64,000 nucleotides of DNA, taken from positions 3,410,001 to 3,474,000 of the forward strand of contig NW_024704770.1 of NCBI RefSeq assembly GCF_018977255.1, read 5' to 3'. Shown here piece by piece: positions 1-20,350 of the stretch; positions within the stretch are counted from its first letter, which is position 1; the number at the start of each line of letters is the position of its first letter. The stretch is from Callorhinchus milii. Taxonomy: Eukaryota. The notes beneath the pieces were generated by a model. It ran no database searches. It saw nothing but the letters and a program-made list of their open reading frames with translations, and was not told the DNA's origin. Both the position numbers and the translations under genes were made by a program.

Positions 1-9
1 ACAAGCGTC

Positions 10-290
10 AGGCTGACTCAGTTGGTAGCACTCTCGTCTCACCTCAGAAGATTGTGGTTTCAAGCCCTGTGTCAGGCCTTGGAATTCGTAATCTAAGCTG
101 ACGCTCCAATGCAGCACTGATGGTGTGCTGCGCTGTTGGAGGCCCCGTCCTTCAGATGAGATGTTGATCTAAGATCCGTCTGCCTGTCCAGGTGGATGCT
201 AAAGATCCCATGGAACTGGGTGAAATTAGAAGGGGATTTCTCTCTCTCATCCCCGCCCCGTCTCTGGTGTCCTGGCCAACAGTCCCCTTT
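10..290 (+). mobile_element. DeuSINE-like (SacSINE1-type) SINE
   Basis: tRNA-like head (GGTAGCACTCTCG...GGTTTCAAGCCC) and core GGAGGCCCCGTCCTTCAGATGAGATGTT; related copies at about 43450-43680 and 48040-48330. The family name comes from recalled consensus only. Confidence 0.5.
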
Positions 291-382
291 GGGACATCCT
301 CCTCACTAGATAAGCCACTGTATCAAATGCAAGGATTATTATTATTTTATTTATATTCAGCTGTTCCATGGGGTGGATGTAG

Positions 383-9105
<8,723 letters not shown>

Positions 9106-10316
9106 AGCCCACCCGCCCGCCGGGGGCTGCCGGCCGACACACACACACACATACACACACACACGCACGCACGAACCCACCTCTTCCCCCCCCCCCCACC
9201 ACCGCCCCTCGTTCTCTTATTTTCTAACTACTCTCTGTATCTTTTTTCTCGGAGACGCTGCTGATTGGGGAAATCCCCCGTGTGTGTGTGTGTGTGTGTG
9301 CGTGTGCGTGTGTGTCTGGGGGGGGGGGGGGTCGTACTCGCACGGACACGGTTTTCCTCACTAGCCCTGCGTTCTCCTGTTAGGGTTCAAGTTTCCCGGC
9401 ATTCCTGTAGTCAGTCAGTCAGTCAGTGCTGTGCCTCAGTGTCACATTACCAGAGTGAAGACTCGGGACACCCCCCCCCCCCCGACCTCCCTGATGGCCG
9501 CGCACACACACACGCACAGTCGGTGACCTGACCTCCCTTTTGTGTGGCTATCTATTTACCTGTTCGGGGGGGGGGGTGTCAGCCTCACGTCAGTCCGTTC
9601 AGAGGGAGGGTGTTTCAGTAAGTTAAAGCTGTGAGCGAGGCGTTAAAAGAAGGGCCAGAGAAGAGGGGCTTCGTTGCTTTTCGTCCCGACACACTCTCGT
9701 CTGGGAACCTTGTGACTCGGTGCGTAATTCGCTACCGAATTAAACGCACTCCTCCTCTCTCCCCAAATCTGGAGGTTTGATTCACCGCTCACCATACGGA
9801 GCGCTGTTCGCTGTTCGTGCTGTAATATTTGATATTGCTCGGCGGCGATCTTGATCTCTTTATTTTTTTTTGCCGGTCTGGGGTTGAAATTCCTGCGCTC
9901 CTGGTTCGTTGGCACCTGTAACGGTTCCATTTTAAGGGAAAAAAGCCCCCGCCCGGGTTTTTTTTCTTTTTAAAATACTGCAGCGGATTAATTCCTGGCA
10001 AAGCCACCCAACTCGTAGCAGTCAGTCCCGTCTCTCTCTGCCTGGCAGTCAGAAAATGCTTTCACACTCACACTCTCTCCTCTTACTCTCTCTCTCTCTC
10101 TCTCTCGTGATACAAAATCTTCCGGATGATTTCTGGAAGTGAAAGCTTTGTGCTTTATTCTTAATTAAAAAAAAAACAATTGTACTGCTTTTTTTTTTGT
10201 TAGTTTTATAAAATTGTGTGAATTTTATTTTAAGATACCATGTGTTTTTTTTTGTACTTTATCCCTGTATTAGTTATGACCGTCTTGGAGTTGACATTGC
10301 TCATCAAAAGTGGTTG

Positions 10317-10322
10317 AATAAA
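10317..10322 (+). terminator. Poly(A) signal for the ILF3 NF110 isoform
   Basis: AATAAA ending a U-rich 3'UTR, followed by GT-rich downstream sequence. Confidence 0.7.
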
Positions 10323-10887
10323 AATGTTTATAAATTAAGTGGGGTCTGTGTTTGCCTGTGTGTGGGTGGGTGTGTGTGTGAGCTGTGTGTGTGTGTGCAT
10401 TTGTATCTCTGGGGTTTCCATGTCTCGGTGCGATTGCAGGGAATTCTCAGCTCGGTTTGGAGATTCTCAAGCAAAGGTGATGGGTTTCCGCTGTGTCGCT
10501 GGACCTCCTCCCGACTTAACCAAAACGAAACCTGCAAAGTCATGGACCAGGACAGATTCCCACCGAACTGCTCTCCGCACTTGGTGTCCGAGTGCTCACT
10601 CCATCGGGTGTTTTGTGCACATCACAGGGAGACGTCGCACTGTGGCCGCAGTGAACCTCAGGTAAGGAGCGATTTGCATTTTTGCTTTCACACAAAGGTG
10701 AGTGTAGCGCTCTCTCTCTCTCTCTCTCTCTCTCCTCATTCACGAGGTCACGCTGATGCTGGTTGCGAAGTTGCCCACTCTCCCCCCCGCTGGGAGCTGG
10801 CGTTTGCCGACGGGCCTCACGCTCCCCTCGTAGCCTCGCTGTATTCACACCGGAAGCCGGGCTCCCAGCCCCCACCCCTTCCCGCCA

Positions 10888-13800
10888 CTACTCCAGCCTG
10901 ACGTTGACGGTCGCCAGGGCCTCCACAGCCCACCCAGGATAGTGCTCAGCACTGCCGTACATCCTCCTCATGAAGCTCTGGATAAACAGCGGGAAACGCT
11001 GCTCCTCAATACTGTCCCGGATCGCACTCATGAGGTGCAGCTGCAAACACAGGGAGCGGAGCTCACAACACACTGCACTTTGGTAATAGCGCCTTTAACA
11101 TCAGGATATCCCAAGGCACCCGCCCCACACCACCCGCACCCCCCAACTACCCCCACACACACCACCCGCACCCCCCAACTAACCACACACCACCCGCACC
11201 CCCCAACTAACCCCACGCACACCACCCGCACCCCCCAACTAACCCCACGCACACCACTCGCACCCCCCAACTAACCCCACCCGCATCCCCCTACTAACCC
11301 CACACACACCACCCGCATCCCCCTACTAACCCCACGCACACCACCACCCCCACACACAAATCCAACACATAACCCCCCCCACACACACACACACAACAAA
11401 TTTGCCGCTATTGCAAGTTTCACATAACTCATGATTCGCATAAGTTACATTAAATGTCTGGTCCCGACCGATGCAACTTGTGTGAGGTTCTAGGTAGCGA
11501 ATCACAGCAAGACCGGTATCCCCTCCCCCCCCACCCCCACAAACACCCCCACATCTCCCGAGCTCCAGTCCAGCTCAGCCTCTCACACCAGCTCCTGGGC
11601 CACTCACCTGGTAGGCGATGTTGTGGATGGTGATGTGGTGAAGAGCAGCTGTGTCACTTTTGTAGAGGGTGTGGAGATAAGCTCGCGTGTACCTGGGACA
11701 CACACAGCCCAGCGTCACGTACACATCAGCCCAGTGGCGCCTAATAATCCCTTCCAAAAACTAAACCAATAACGCGGTCATTCAATCCACGGCTGTTTGC
11801 GGAGACGCTGCCGCGTTTCACCCACAAAAAACAGTCAATTTCACTTGACGGTACATTGTGTGAAACACTTTATTTAATGAGACGTCCCACGGCCTGACTC
11901 TGAGCTCAGTCCGTGCCCTGTTCAGGCAGATGCGGGGCTGTTGGTAAAAGAGAAGGGAGTTTCTCTCTCTCCCCCCTATCCCCCCCACTCCCCGGTGTCC
12001 TGGCTGACAATCCACCAGTTAAATTGGTCGCTCATTTCATGGCTGCTTTGTGGGACAATGCTGTGCGCAAAATGACAGTGCCGAGGCCGGGCAATGAGGT
12101 GTGAACTTTAGTGCAGACAGACAGACAGACGCTGACAGTCTCACCTCTGACACGTGGGGCAGTTGCACTCGGTATCGATGGGCTGGAAATCCTTGGCATA
12201 TTGTTTGTTCTTCAGCTGGAGCGACCCCCAGGGCACGAGAGCAGAGCCGAACCTCTAAGAAGACGGGGACGAGAGGTTAGAAAGCTCAGCGCTGGGGGGG
12301 GGGGGTCAGAGAGCAAAGAGAGGCTTTCATCGAGACCTCAATTCATCCGGCTCAGCGTCCTGCTCCGCCACTGTCGAGCGCTCGGGGACATTACCCTGTG
12401 TGAGGGGCGCTGTGTAAGGTTCAATCACTACACCAGCAGCCGGCAGGCCGGTCAGTCTCTGCGAAGGTCACCGAGGAACACTCCCCCCCCCCCCCCCCCA
12501 GCTAGTGTAGTGACTGTGAAACTCGTTGTATAAACTTACTGCTGTCCTGGTGGGGAAAACGCAGTCAAACATATCACAGCCCAGAGCCACACAGACGACG
12601 AGATCGGTCGCATATCTGCACACAGAGAGAAACGGTCTTTAATCTGAGCTCTGCAGATCCCAGACAGGAATCGGGCTGAGACGTCTGGTTAAACACGGCC
12701 ACATAAACCCCAGAAACATGGCTCCCAAACTGACCATTGTCCAGCCTCAGCTTTAGAGGAACCTGTTCATGTAACGCCCAGGGGCCGGTCATTTTAAAGA
12801 CAACATGGGTAGGGGTCCCAGCATCGTTGCTCTAATAGCATCAAGTGTGTGTGTGCGCGTGTGTGCGCACGCTGTGGCCTCCTACCCTACGCCCATGAGG
12901 TAACGGGGTTTCTCTCGCGGCAGGAAGTCAGTGCTGAGCGTCACCATCTTCCAGAAGTCGTCCTTCTCCTCCCCCCCACTCAGCCCCCCGATGGCAAACC
13001 CCGGCACATCCCGCTTAATCATCTCTGAAATCACAAAGAGAGAGAGGGGGGAGGGGGTCACCACAGAGAGAGAGAGAGGGGCGTATCAGCACAGAGGGGG
13101 GGGGGTCAGCACAGAGAGAGAGGGGTATCAGCACAGGGGGGGGGGGCTCAGCCCACAAAGAGAGAGAGAGGGTCAGCACACAGAGAGAGGGGGGTATCAG
13201 CTCAGAGAGAGAGGGAGAGGAGGGCTATGGAGGATTATTATTAATCCCCCCCCCCACCAGCGCTCACTGACCTGTCAGACACACTCGCCTCAGCTCAGCG
13301 TTCAGTCCCCCCTGAATGATGGCAAACAGGTTCTGTTTTTCGAGGTTCCTGTTGGCTGCGATGCAGCGATCCAACCACCGGATAGACCTGACAGGAGAGA
13401 CAGTGATCCAGTCAGCCAGTGGCCTCCCCTCCCCAGCTGTTACCTGTGGATGCCTACCCCCCCCCCCCAACCACCTCTCCCCCCACCCCACCCCTCCCTG
13501 GTACCTGTACATGGCCTCCTCCACCCGGGACCCCGAGATGGTGCTGCTCACAACATCGTCCAACTGCATCATGATGTCCGAGCCTGAGCCGGGCAGGAAA
13601 CACAGTGAGAGAGATGGAGAGAGAAACGGAGGGAGACGGAAGCAGTCAATTCCCCCCCCACCCCCCCACCCGCCCCCCAACATTTGTACAGCGCCTTTCA
13701 CGTGGGGAGGACGTCCCAAAGCAGTGGTGTGCGCGAGTAACTGCGGTATCAGTGGAACAGATGGACACGACGCATCAATTTTACCCAAAACCTCTGTGCG

Positions 13801-15218
13801 GTGTGTGTGTGTGTGTGTGTGTGTAAGAACAGAACCTCAACCCTATAGATACCGAGGAGGTGGGAGATCAGCAGCTTGGGCAGAGGGGGGGGGCAGAGGG
13901 GGCGGAGTGGGGGAGGAGGGTGGGGGCAGAGGGGGGGGGGAGGAGGGTGGGGGCAGAGGGGGGGGAGGAGGGGGGGGCAGAGTGGGGGAGGAGGGTGGGG
14001 GCAGAGTGGGGGGAGGAGGGGGGGCAGAGGGGGGGGGGGGGAGGGTCAGTCACTATGTTACCCAGAGCGTTCTGGATGTGGATGGATTTCTCCGGTGACA
14101 GGAGGGTCTCTTTGCCGTCGTACGGGGAACAGAAACGCACACCTTCCTCCGTCACCTCCGACAGCTCCACCAGAGACACCATCTGAAAACCCCCACTGTC
14201 CTGAGCACAGACAGAGACACAGACAGACCCGTCAGGAGCCGAGTGACCTGCAAACAGCCCCCTCCCCCCCCCCCAACAACCCCCCCTCCCCCCCCCCCAA
14301 CAACCCCCCTCCCCCCCAACCAACGCCCCCCTCCCCCCCCCAACAACCCCCAACAACAAGAACACATTATATTTAAGATAAGAGCAGCAGTCGCTGTCCC
14401 CCTCTCTCTGTAGATGCCGCCTGACCCGCGGGCAATTAATCACAGAGGCTTTCACGTGTGGNNNNNNNNNNNNNNNNNNNNNNNNNNNNNNNNNNNNNNN
14501 NNNNNNNNNNNNNNNNNNNNNNNNNNNNNNNNNNNNNNNNNNNNNNNNNNNNNNNNNNNNNNNNNNNNNNNNNNNNNNNNNNNNNNNNNCCCCGGTGACA
14601 CCCCTCCGGGCTAACCCGCGACCCGGTGCGCAGTCCGCGCCTCACCGTCAGCAGCGCTCGCTTCCAGTTCATGAAGCCGTGCAGTCCCTTCGCCTTCGTG
14701 ATCAGCTCCGGGCCCTGTGGGGGCGAGAGGGCAAAACCGCGCTTACTGTCGCGTCAAAACGTCGCCCGGGAAACCGCAGCGGCCCGTCAGGGCGGGAGAG
14801 CAGAGTGGGGGGGGGGGGGGGGCATTGTGAAGCGGGGGGTGGGGGGGGGGATTGTGAAGCGGGGGGTCCGCGGTGGGGGAGAGAGCGAGAGAGAGAAACC
14901 CCTTCCCCCCCCCCCCCCCCCCGGGGACTCGCGTGGCCGAGGTTGGGGGCTGGGGGTTGACCGGAGGGCCGGGTGCGGCCCGCGGGCCGCGGCAGGCTGA
15001 CTCACGGGCCGGTTGCCCAGGTGGTAGGTGTTGCCGAGGCAGATCTGACAGTCCAGGGCCTCCAACTGCCCCGCGGTGATGCCCTTCAGGGTTCCCTGGG
15101 TCCCCACCGGCATGAAGACGGGGGTCAGGACCGTGTGGTGCGGGAGGCGGAGGCGGCACAGTCGGGCCTTGGTCACCCGGCACTCGGCCACGAGCTGCAG
15201 CGACAGCGGCGCCGCCAT
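10888..15218 (-). CDS. QTRT1: Queuine tRNA-ribosyltransferase catalytic subunit 1; exons 15218-15006, 14714-14646, 14200-14062, 13583-13505, 13387-13272, 13024-12886, 12615-12540, 12254-12145, 11692-11608, 11040-10888
   Basis: Motifs [69 protein letters not shown] and the zinc ligands CNCPTC...H. All 10 exons have GT-AG boundaries in consistent phase. Confidence 0.97.
11120..11395 (+). repeat. C-rich tandem repeat (CACCACCCGCACCCCCCAACTAACCCCACA) in the last intron of QTRT1
   Basis: Directly visible. Confidence 0.85.
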
Positions 15219-15300
15219 TTTCCCGCCTCGCACTTCCCGCCCACAGACCGGAACCGGAAACCGCGCCATGGCAACCGCGGCGCCTGGCAACAGGAAGCGT
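15210..15300. promoter_or_regulatory. CpG-island bidirectional promoter (QTRT1 / unknown + strand gene)
   Basis: CpG-rich; ETS-like CCGGAA x2, CACTTCC and CAGGAAG; YY1-like GCCGCCATTT overlapping the QTRT1 start codon. Confidence 0.6.
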
Positions 15301-15760
15301 GGTCCATGCCTGGTCCTTGGCAACCAACTCTCCTGGCAACCAGACCCCTAGTAACCAAACCCCTCCCACCACCGGCAACCAGACCCCTAGTAACCAACCC
15401 CCCCCCCCAGCAACCAGACCCCTAGTAACCACCACCCCCTGGCAACCAGAACCCTAGTAACTAACCAAATCCCCCCCCCCCAGCAATCGGACCCCTAGTT
15501 ACCAACCACCCCCCCCCCACACCCAGCAACCAGAGCCCGAGTAATCAACCCCTCCCCCCCCCCCGGTAACAAGACCCCCAGTAACTAAACCCATCCGACA
15601 ACAAGACCCCTAGTAACGAGGCTCCTGGCAACCAGACCCCCTGACAACTTGTCTCCAAGACAACGTGGCATCCAGACCCCATGGGAACCACATCCCATGG
15701 CAACCAGGCCCCTGGCCCTTAGCAACCACATCCCATGGCAACCAGACCCCACGGTAACCT
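15265..15760 (+). repeat. Degenerate tandem array of (TG/TA)G(C/T)AACCAGACCCC units (about 20 RFX half-site-like RGYAAC motifs)
   Basis: Repeated ggcaac/agtaac/agcaac/ggtaac cores separated by C-rich linkers. Confidence 0.7.
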
Positions 15761-16654
15761 GGCTGTGGTCCCTGGCTCTCATTGTGGAAGGCCAGGCCTG
15801 GGGGAAGCCTGGCAATAGTGGGGACGGAGTGGAGCAGAGACAGGAGCAAGACCCACCCGGTTTACAGGCTGAAGTGTGGTTTGTCCCCTGCTCCCCCAGA
15901 CCCGCGACCCTACCACCCGACCTGGGCCCCAGACCCCAGCCTGTGATGGCACCAAGGTCCCCAACCATTATATCTGGGGGATTGTCAGCCTGGAAACCGG
16001 GAGAAACTCTCCCTCTCTTCCTACAGTGTCACCGTATCTTTGACCTGTGGCGGACAGGAGCGCAGGTTACTGTCACCTGAAGGACAGCGGCTCTGACAAC
16101 GGAGAATCTTCTGACCCAGAGGTGAGAGGTAACTACACTTCACAGTATATCAGGTGCAACGCTTTGAGATGTCTTGACGACATGATTGATGAGATGCTAT
16201 GTCAAATGCAAAGATTATTGATTGATTCCCATTAATATTCTTTCTATTTGCTGACACAGCCGGTTAGGAAGCCTGCAACAGACACGAAATGGAACTCATC
16301 CACAAAGGAAGTCTTGAAGCCAGGAGCTTCCCATCAATGAAGGTGGGTAATTAATTAATTGATCAGTTTATTGAGCCTCTTTGGACTGGGCTGGGACAGC
16401 CTGGTTCCATCTGGTTTTGATATTAATGGTATAAAAGCCCACATGCAAAGCGAGAGGCTTCAGTTATGTCTGGGGGATGTTACTTTAGGGATGTGTGTGA
16501 GAGAGCAGCAGAACCAGAAGGTTAAATGCTGTGGTAAGTAATGTGCCAAAGAGTTTACTATTTGAAAGGAATGACAACCCTTCGGAATTCATCCCACAGT
16601 CCCTCCGCCTGGTCCGTTTGCGTTGCAGCTAACAGGACAAGGCAGCGTGGAGGA

Positions 16655-18865
16655 ATGGAGCCGGTGATCCCCGGTCCCCAGCAGCTGACGGAGGGGGCAG
16701 TTCAACGCATCAAGACGAGCTGGAACCTGGAAGTCCAAGCCCTGCAGGAGAAGCACAGTACCCAGGCCGTCCAGCTACGACAGGACCCGGCGTATTACAA
16801 GCAGCAACTGGAAAAGATCCTTCACGGTGAGGAACAGGAGGCAGGTGGGCCTTCAGCCTCTCTACCTCCACCCTCTCTACCTCCACCCTCTGGAACTCCA
16901 TCCCACAGTCACTCCGCCTCACACCCTCCCTTGCCTCCTTCAAGACCTGTCTCAAGACCCCTCCTCTTGTACTCCGACCCTCCCCACCTAACCAGCTCAG
17001 GTGCAGATGGAACCCTGACTGTCCAGCGCCTTGGGACGTCCTCCTGATGTGAAAGGTGCTAAACAAAAATATGTTGTTACTGTTTACTAACTCACTCACT
17101 GATAATAGTGTTTCTGTAGATTAGTTTTATTTGGGATTTACCTCCCCTTCAATCGCAACCATTGTAAAAAAAAATCAGCTGCCGTGTTTCACCCACAGAA
17201 TACAGTCACTTCACTTTACAGTCTACTCTGTGAAGCGCTTTGAGACGGGATAAGGCACTGTATCAAATGCAAGGATTATTATTATTATAAACCAGATTTT
17301 TTTNGTCTCTTTTTCAGTTAAAGCTCAGCTTCCCCTTCACTCAGACACGGAGAGTTTCCTGGCGCACAACCCTTCTCCTGCTCGCTGTCCGCAAGCCTGC
17401 TGTGGCGTTACCGGGGAAGTGAGGTGAGTGAGTGAACCTTTTAAAACAAATAGACTGCTTGGTATTAAAGCAGAGCTCAGCTCCAGCACTGTTTCCTGAG
17501 TTGCTCAAGCCCTGACCTTTAATTACCTCTCAAAGGCAGATTCCCAGGACCCCAACTTGCATTTACACAGCACCCTTCATGCCGGGTAGTGTCCCGGAGT
17601 GCTTAAGAGTGGCGGAGTCTGACCCCAAGCCAAGGGGGCGAGGGAGGGGAGGGGGAAGTGACCCTAAGCACTGTCAAAAAGGAAGGTGTTTAGGCAGGTT
17701 TTGAAAGTTGGCAGGGCGGAGAGATTGAGCAAGAGAGTTTTGGGGCGTAGTGTCGTCAGCCGAGCGGAGGCAGCAGGTGGTGGAGTGGGGGGGGGAAGGA
17801 TAAGCAGATCGGAGAGGCGCAGAGGTGTCAGGGCAGGCAGGGAATTGAAACCAAGGTGGCTCAAGACAGGAGCTCCTTTGCCTCTGTGGCAGGTTAGTGC
17901 AGGCCTGGGCACTGCGCTACCCTGTAAGAGATGCTGTGCTTTGGATAAGAGGGTTGCAGTTGCAGAGCCAGTGTAGCTTGTCGGGCTGAGCGACTTCTGT
18001 TCCGAGCTGTATTCTCGCACGTGACTGGTTTGTGCGTCTCTGTTGTGTGTTCCTAGCCGCTTGGTGTCACCGCTGCCCGGAGATCGAGAACGAGCGCCGA
18101 GGGCTGAGCGAGCCGTGGCAGGAGGCCAGGGGCGGAGGCAGGACACGGTGAGGCAGCCCCCAGCTAGGACTCTCTACGGGGAGATGCAGAAAGCCATGTC
18201 CCTGCAGCAGAGACGACGGGCTGTGCGAGCGACATCGCCAAATCCCTCTCCCAGCTCGGCAACATCCTGCAGTCGGTGTCTCTCGGTTCCTCACCGTGCT
18301 TCGTCGATGGCTCACTCAGGTACACACCGCAAGCACATGTGCTTCCACATTCATTCACTCAATCCACGACTGTTTGTGGGACGCTGCTGTGCAGAATTGG
18401 CTGCCACGTTCGCCCACACATCAGTCACTACACTTTACAGTGTATCCTGTGAAGCGTTTGAGACGTCTCGATGACATCTTGATAATAATAATCCTCGCAT
18501 TTGATACAACGTCTTATCACGTCTTTGTGACGTCTCAAAGCGCTTCACAGGTTATGCTGTGAAGTGAATTGACTGACGTTTTATGGGTGAAATCTGATAA
18601 GGCGCTATATCAACTGCAAAGATTATTATTCCTCTGCGTCCATCAGCGAGAGACTGTGGCCACCTGCTCCCCGTTCTCTTATACAGGGACTCAATGTGGG
18701 AACAGCTGGGAGCTGCGGGGGGCTCGAGTCCACGAGAAGCCAGGCGGGAGACAAGAAACCGGAGTCGGGACAAAGCGAGCGGAGGGGAAAGGATTCTGCG
18801 CCGAGGTCAGCCATCGCCGCGAGGGGAGCAGCACCGCCCACTGTCAGCGCCCAGCACCGGCCTGA
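16655..18865 (+). CDS. Uncharacterised spliced gene (about 239 aa); coding exons 16655-16826, 17318-17423, 18057-18319, 18687-18865 (an alternative frame ends at 18996); candidate 5'UTR exons 16027-16121 and 16260-16342
   Basis: Strong Kozak context (ggaATGG). Four exons with canonical AG/GT join in phase into a 720-nt open frame. Helical N-terminus (TEGAVQRIKTSWNLEVQALQEKH...YYKQQLEKILH). AATAAA at 19118 and 19410. No family recognised. Confidence 0.5.
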
Positions 18866-19554
18866 CCCGCCGTCAGGCCTCCGCGGACACCAGCTCCGAG
18901 CTGCCGGGAAACAGGCCCCAGAAACGCAAGGTCACGTGGGCTGACCCCATTGTCGTCTCCTGGCCTCGCTCCTCCCGCTATCCGACTTGGCAATGAGGGG
19001 GCGTTGGGGAATGGCTGGGCTAACGTGGGATCTCTGTGCCTCAATCGGTGAGCAATGTGAAGTGGAACAGAATCTCTCTACATATCAAAAAGTCGTGATA
19101 TCTACCCTATTATCTAAAATAAACATAATTTCTTTAAGACTTATCAGATATTGTAACGGTATCACGGCTTTTTGGCTCTGCAACTGCACCCTGTATATAT
19201 TTACTTTAAACTGTCTGAATACGTATTTGATTTATATTGTGTGTGTGTGTGTGTGGAGGGGGTGGGGTGGGGGAAAGGGGGTGTGTTATGGTTCTGAACT
19301 CTGCCTTTCAGCCTGTCTGCATATTTTGTGTTCACGCAAAGTAACACTCACTGAATCCACAAAACCCACAGACTCCTGTGAATGCAACACAACTGTTTAT
19401 TTACTAAGCAATAAATTTATGTACCCTAATTTCCAACTCGGTTTTACGTCTCATCCAAAGGGTGGGAGTGGGGGTAGGGGGGTCTCTCTCCCTATGTGGG
19501 CATTACACGCTCTGGGTGGAGGAGGGTGATTCTGTCTCTGCGTGTGCGCGTTTG

Positions 19555-20040
19555 TGTGCGTGGGTAGGGATCTCCCTGTGTGGTTGGGGGGCAGGGGTGT
19601 CTCTGTGTGGCTGGGTGGGGGGGAGGTAGGGGTCTCTCTGTGTGGCTGGGTGGGGGGTAGGGGTCTCTGTGTGGCTGGGTGGGGGGTGGTGTGGGTAGGG
19701 GTCTCTCTGTGTGGCTGTGTGTGGGGGGTGTGGGTAGGGGTCTCTCTGTGTGGCTGTGTGTGGGGGGGTGTGGGTAGGGGTCTCTCTGTGTGGCTGGGTG
19801 GGGGGTGGTGGGGGTAGGGGTCTCTGTGTGGCTGTGTGTGGGGGGGTGTGGGTAGGGGTCTCTCTGTGTGGCTGGGTGGGGGGTGGTGTGGGTAGGGGTC
19901 TCTGTGTGGCTGTGTGTGGGGGGGTGTGGGTAGGGGTCTCTGTGTGTGGCTGGGTGGGGGGTGGTGGGGGTAGGGGTCTCTGTGTGGCTGGGTGTGGTGG
20001 GGGGTAGGGGTCTCTGTGTGGCTGGGATGGGGGGGGTCTT
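19555..20040 (+). repeat. G-rich minisatellite (GGTAGGGGTCTCTCTGTGTGGCTGGGTGGGGG-like units)
   Basis: Directly visible tandem units upstream of the UCK promoter. Confidence 0.9.
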
Positions 20041-20179
20041 TCACACACAGGAATAGGGAGAGGGAGAGAGAGAGAGAGACACGTGGCCGCTCAGGCACCT
20101 GCAGTGAAGGCCAAGGCACCTTCTGGTGGGAGAGGGAGGGCTTGACATCCAGGCGCAACCTAACTTGACGCCAGCGAGA

Positions 20180-20310
20180 GGGCGGGGCTCTGCGTGGGGA
20201 GGCGTGACGGGCAGCCCGGCCCGACCAATGGAGCGCGGGGGAGGGGCGGAACCGACCAATGGGGGCGGGCGGGCGGCGGCACGTCGGGTCCGCGGCGCGC
20301 TATAAGAGAC
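20180..20310 (+). promoter_or_regulatory. UCK-like promoter: GC boxes, two CCAAT boxes, TATA-like TATAAGA at 20301
   Basis: GGGCGGGG, CCAATGG x2 and TATAAGA inside a CpG island about 50 nt before the ATG. Confidence 0.65.
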
Positions 20311-20350
20311 GCGGCGCCGGGCGCTCGGCCGCCAGTCAATGTCGGCGAGG

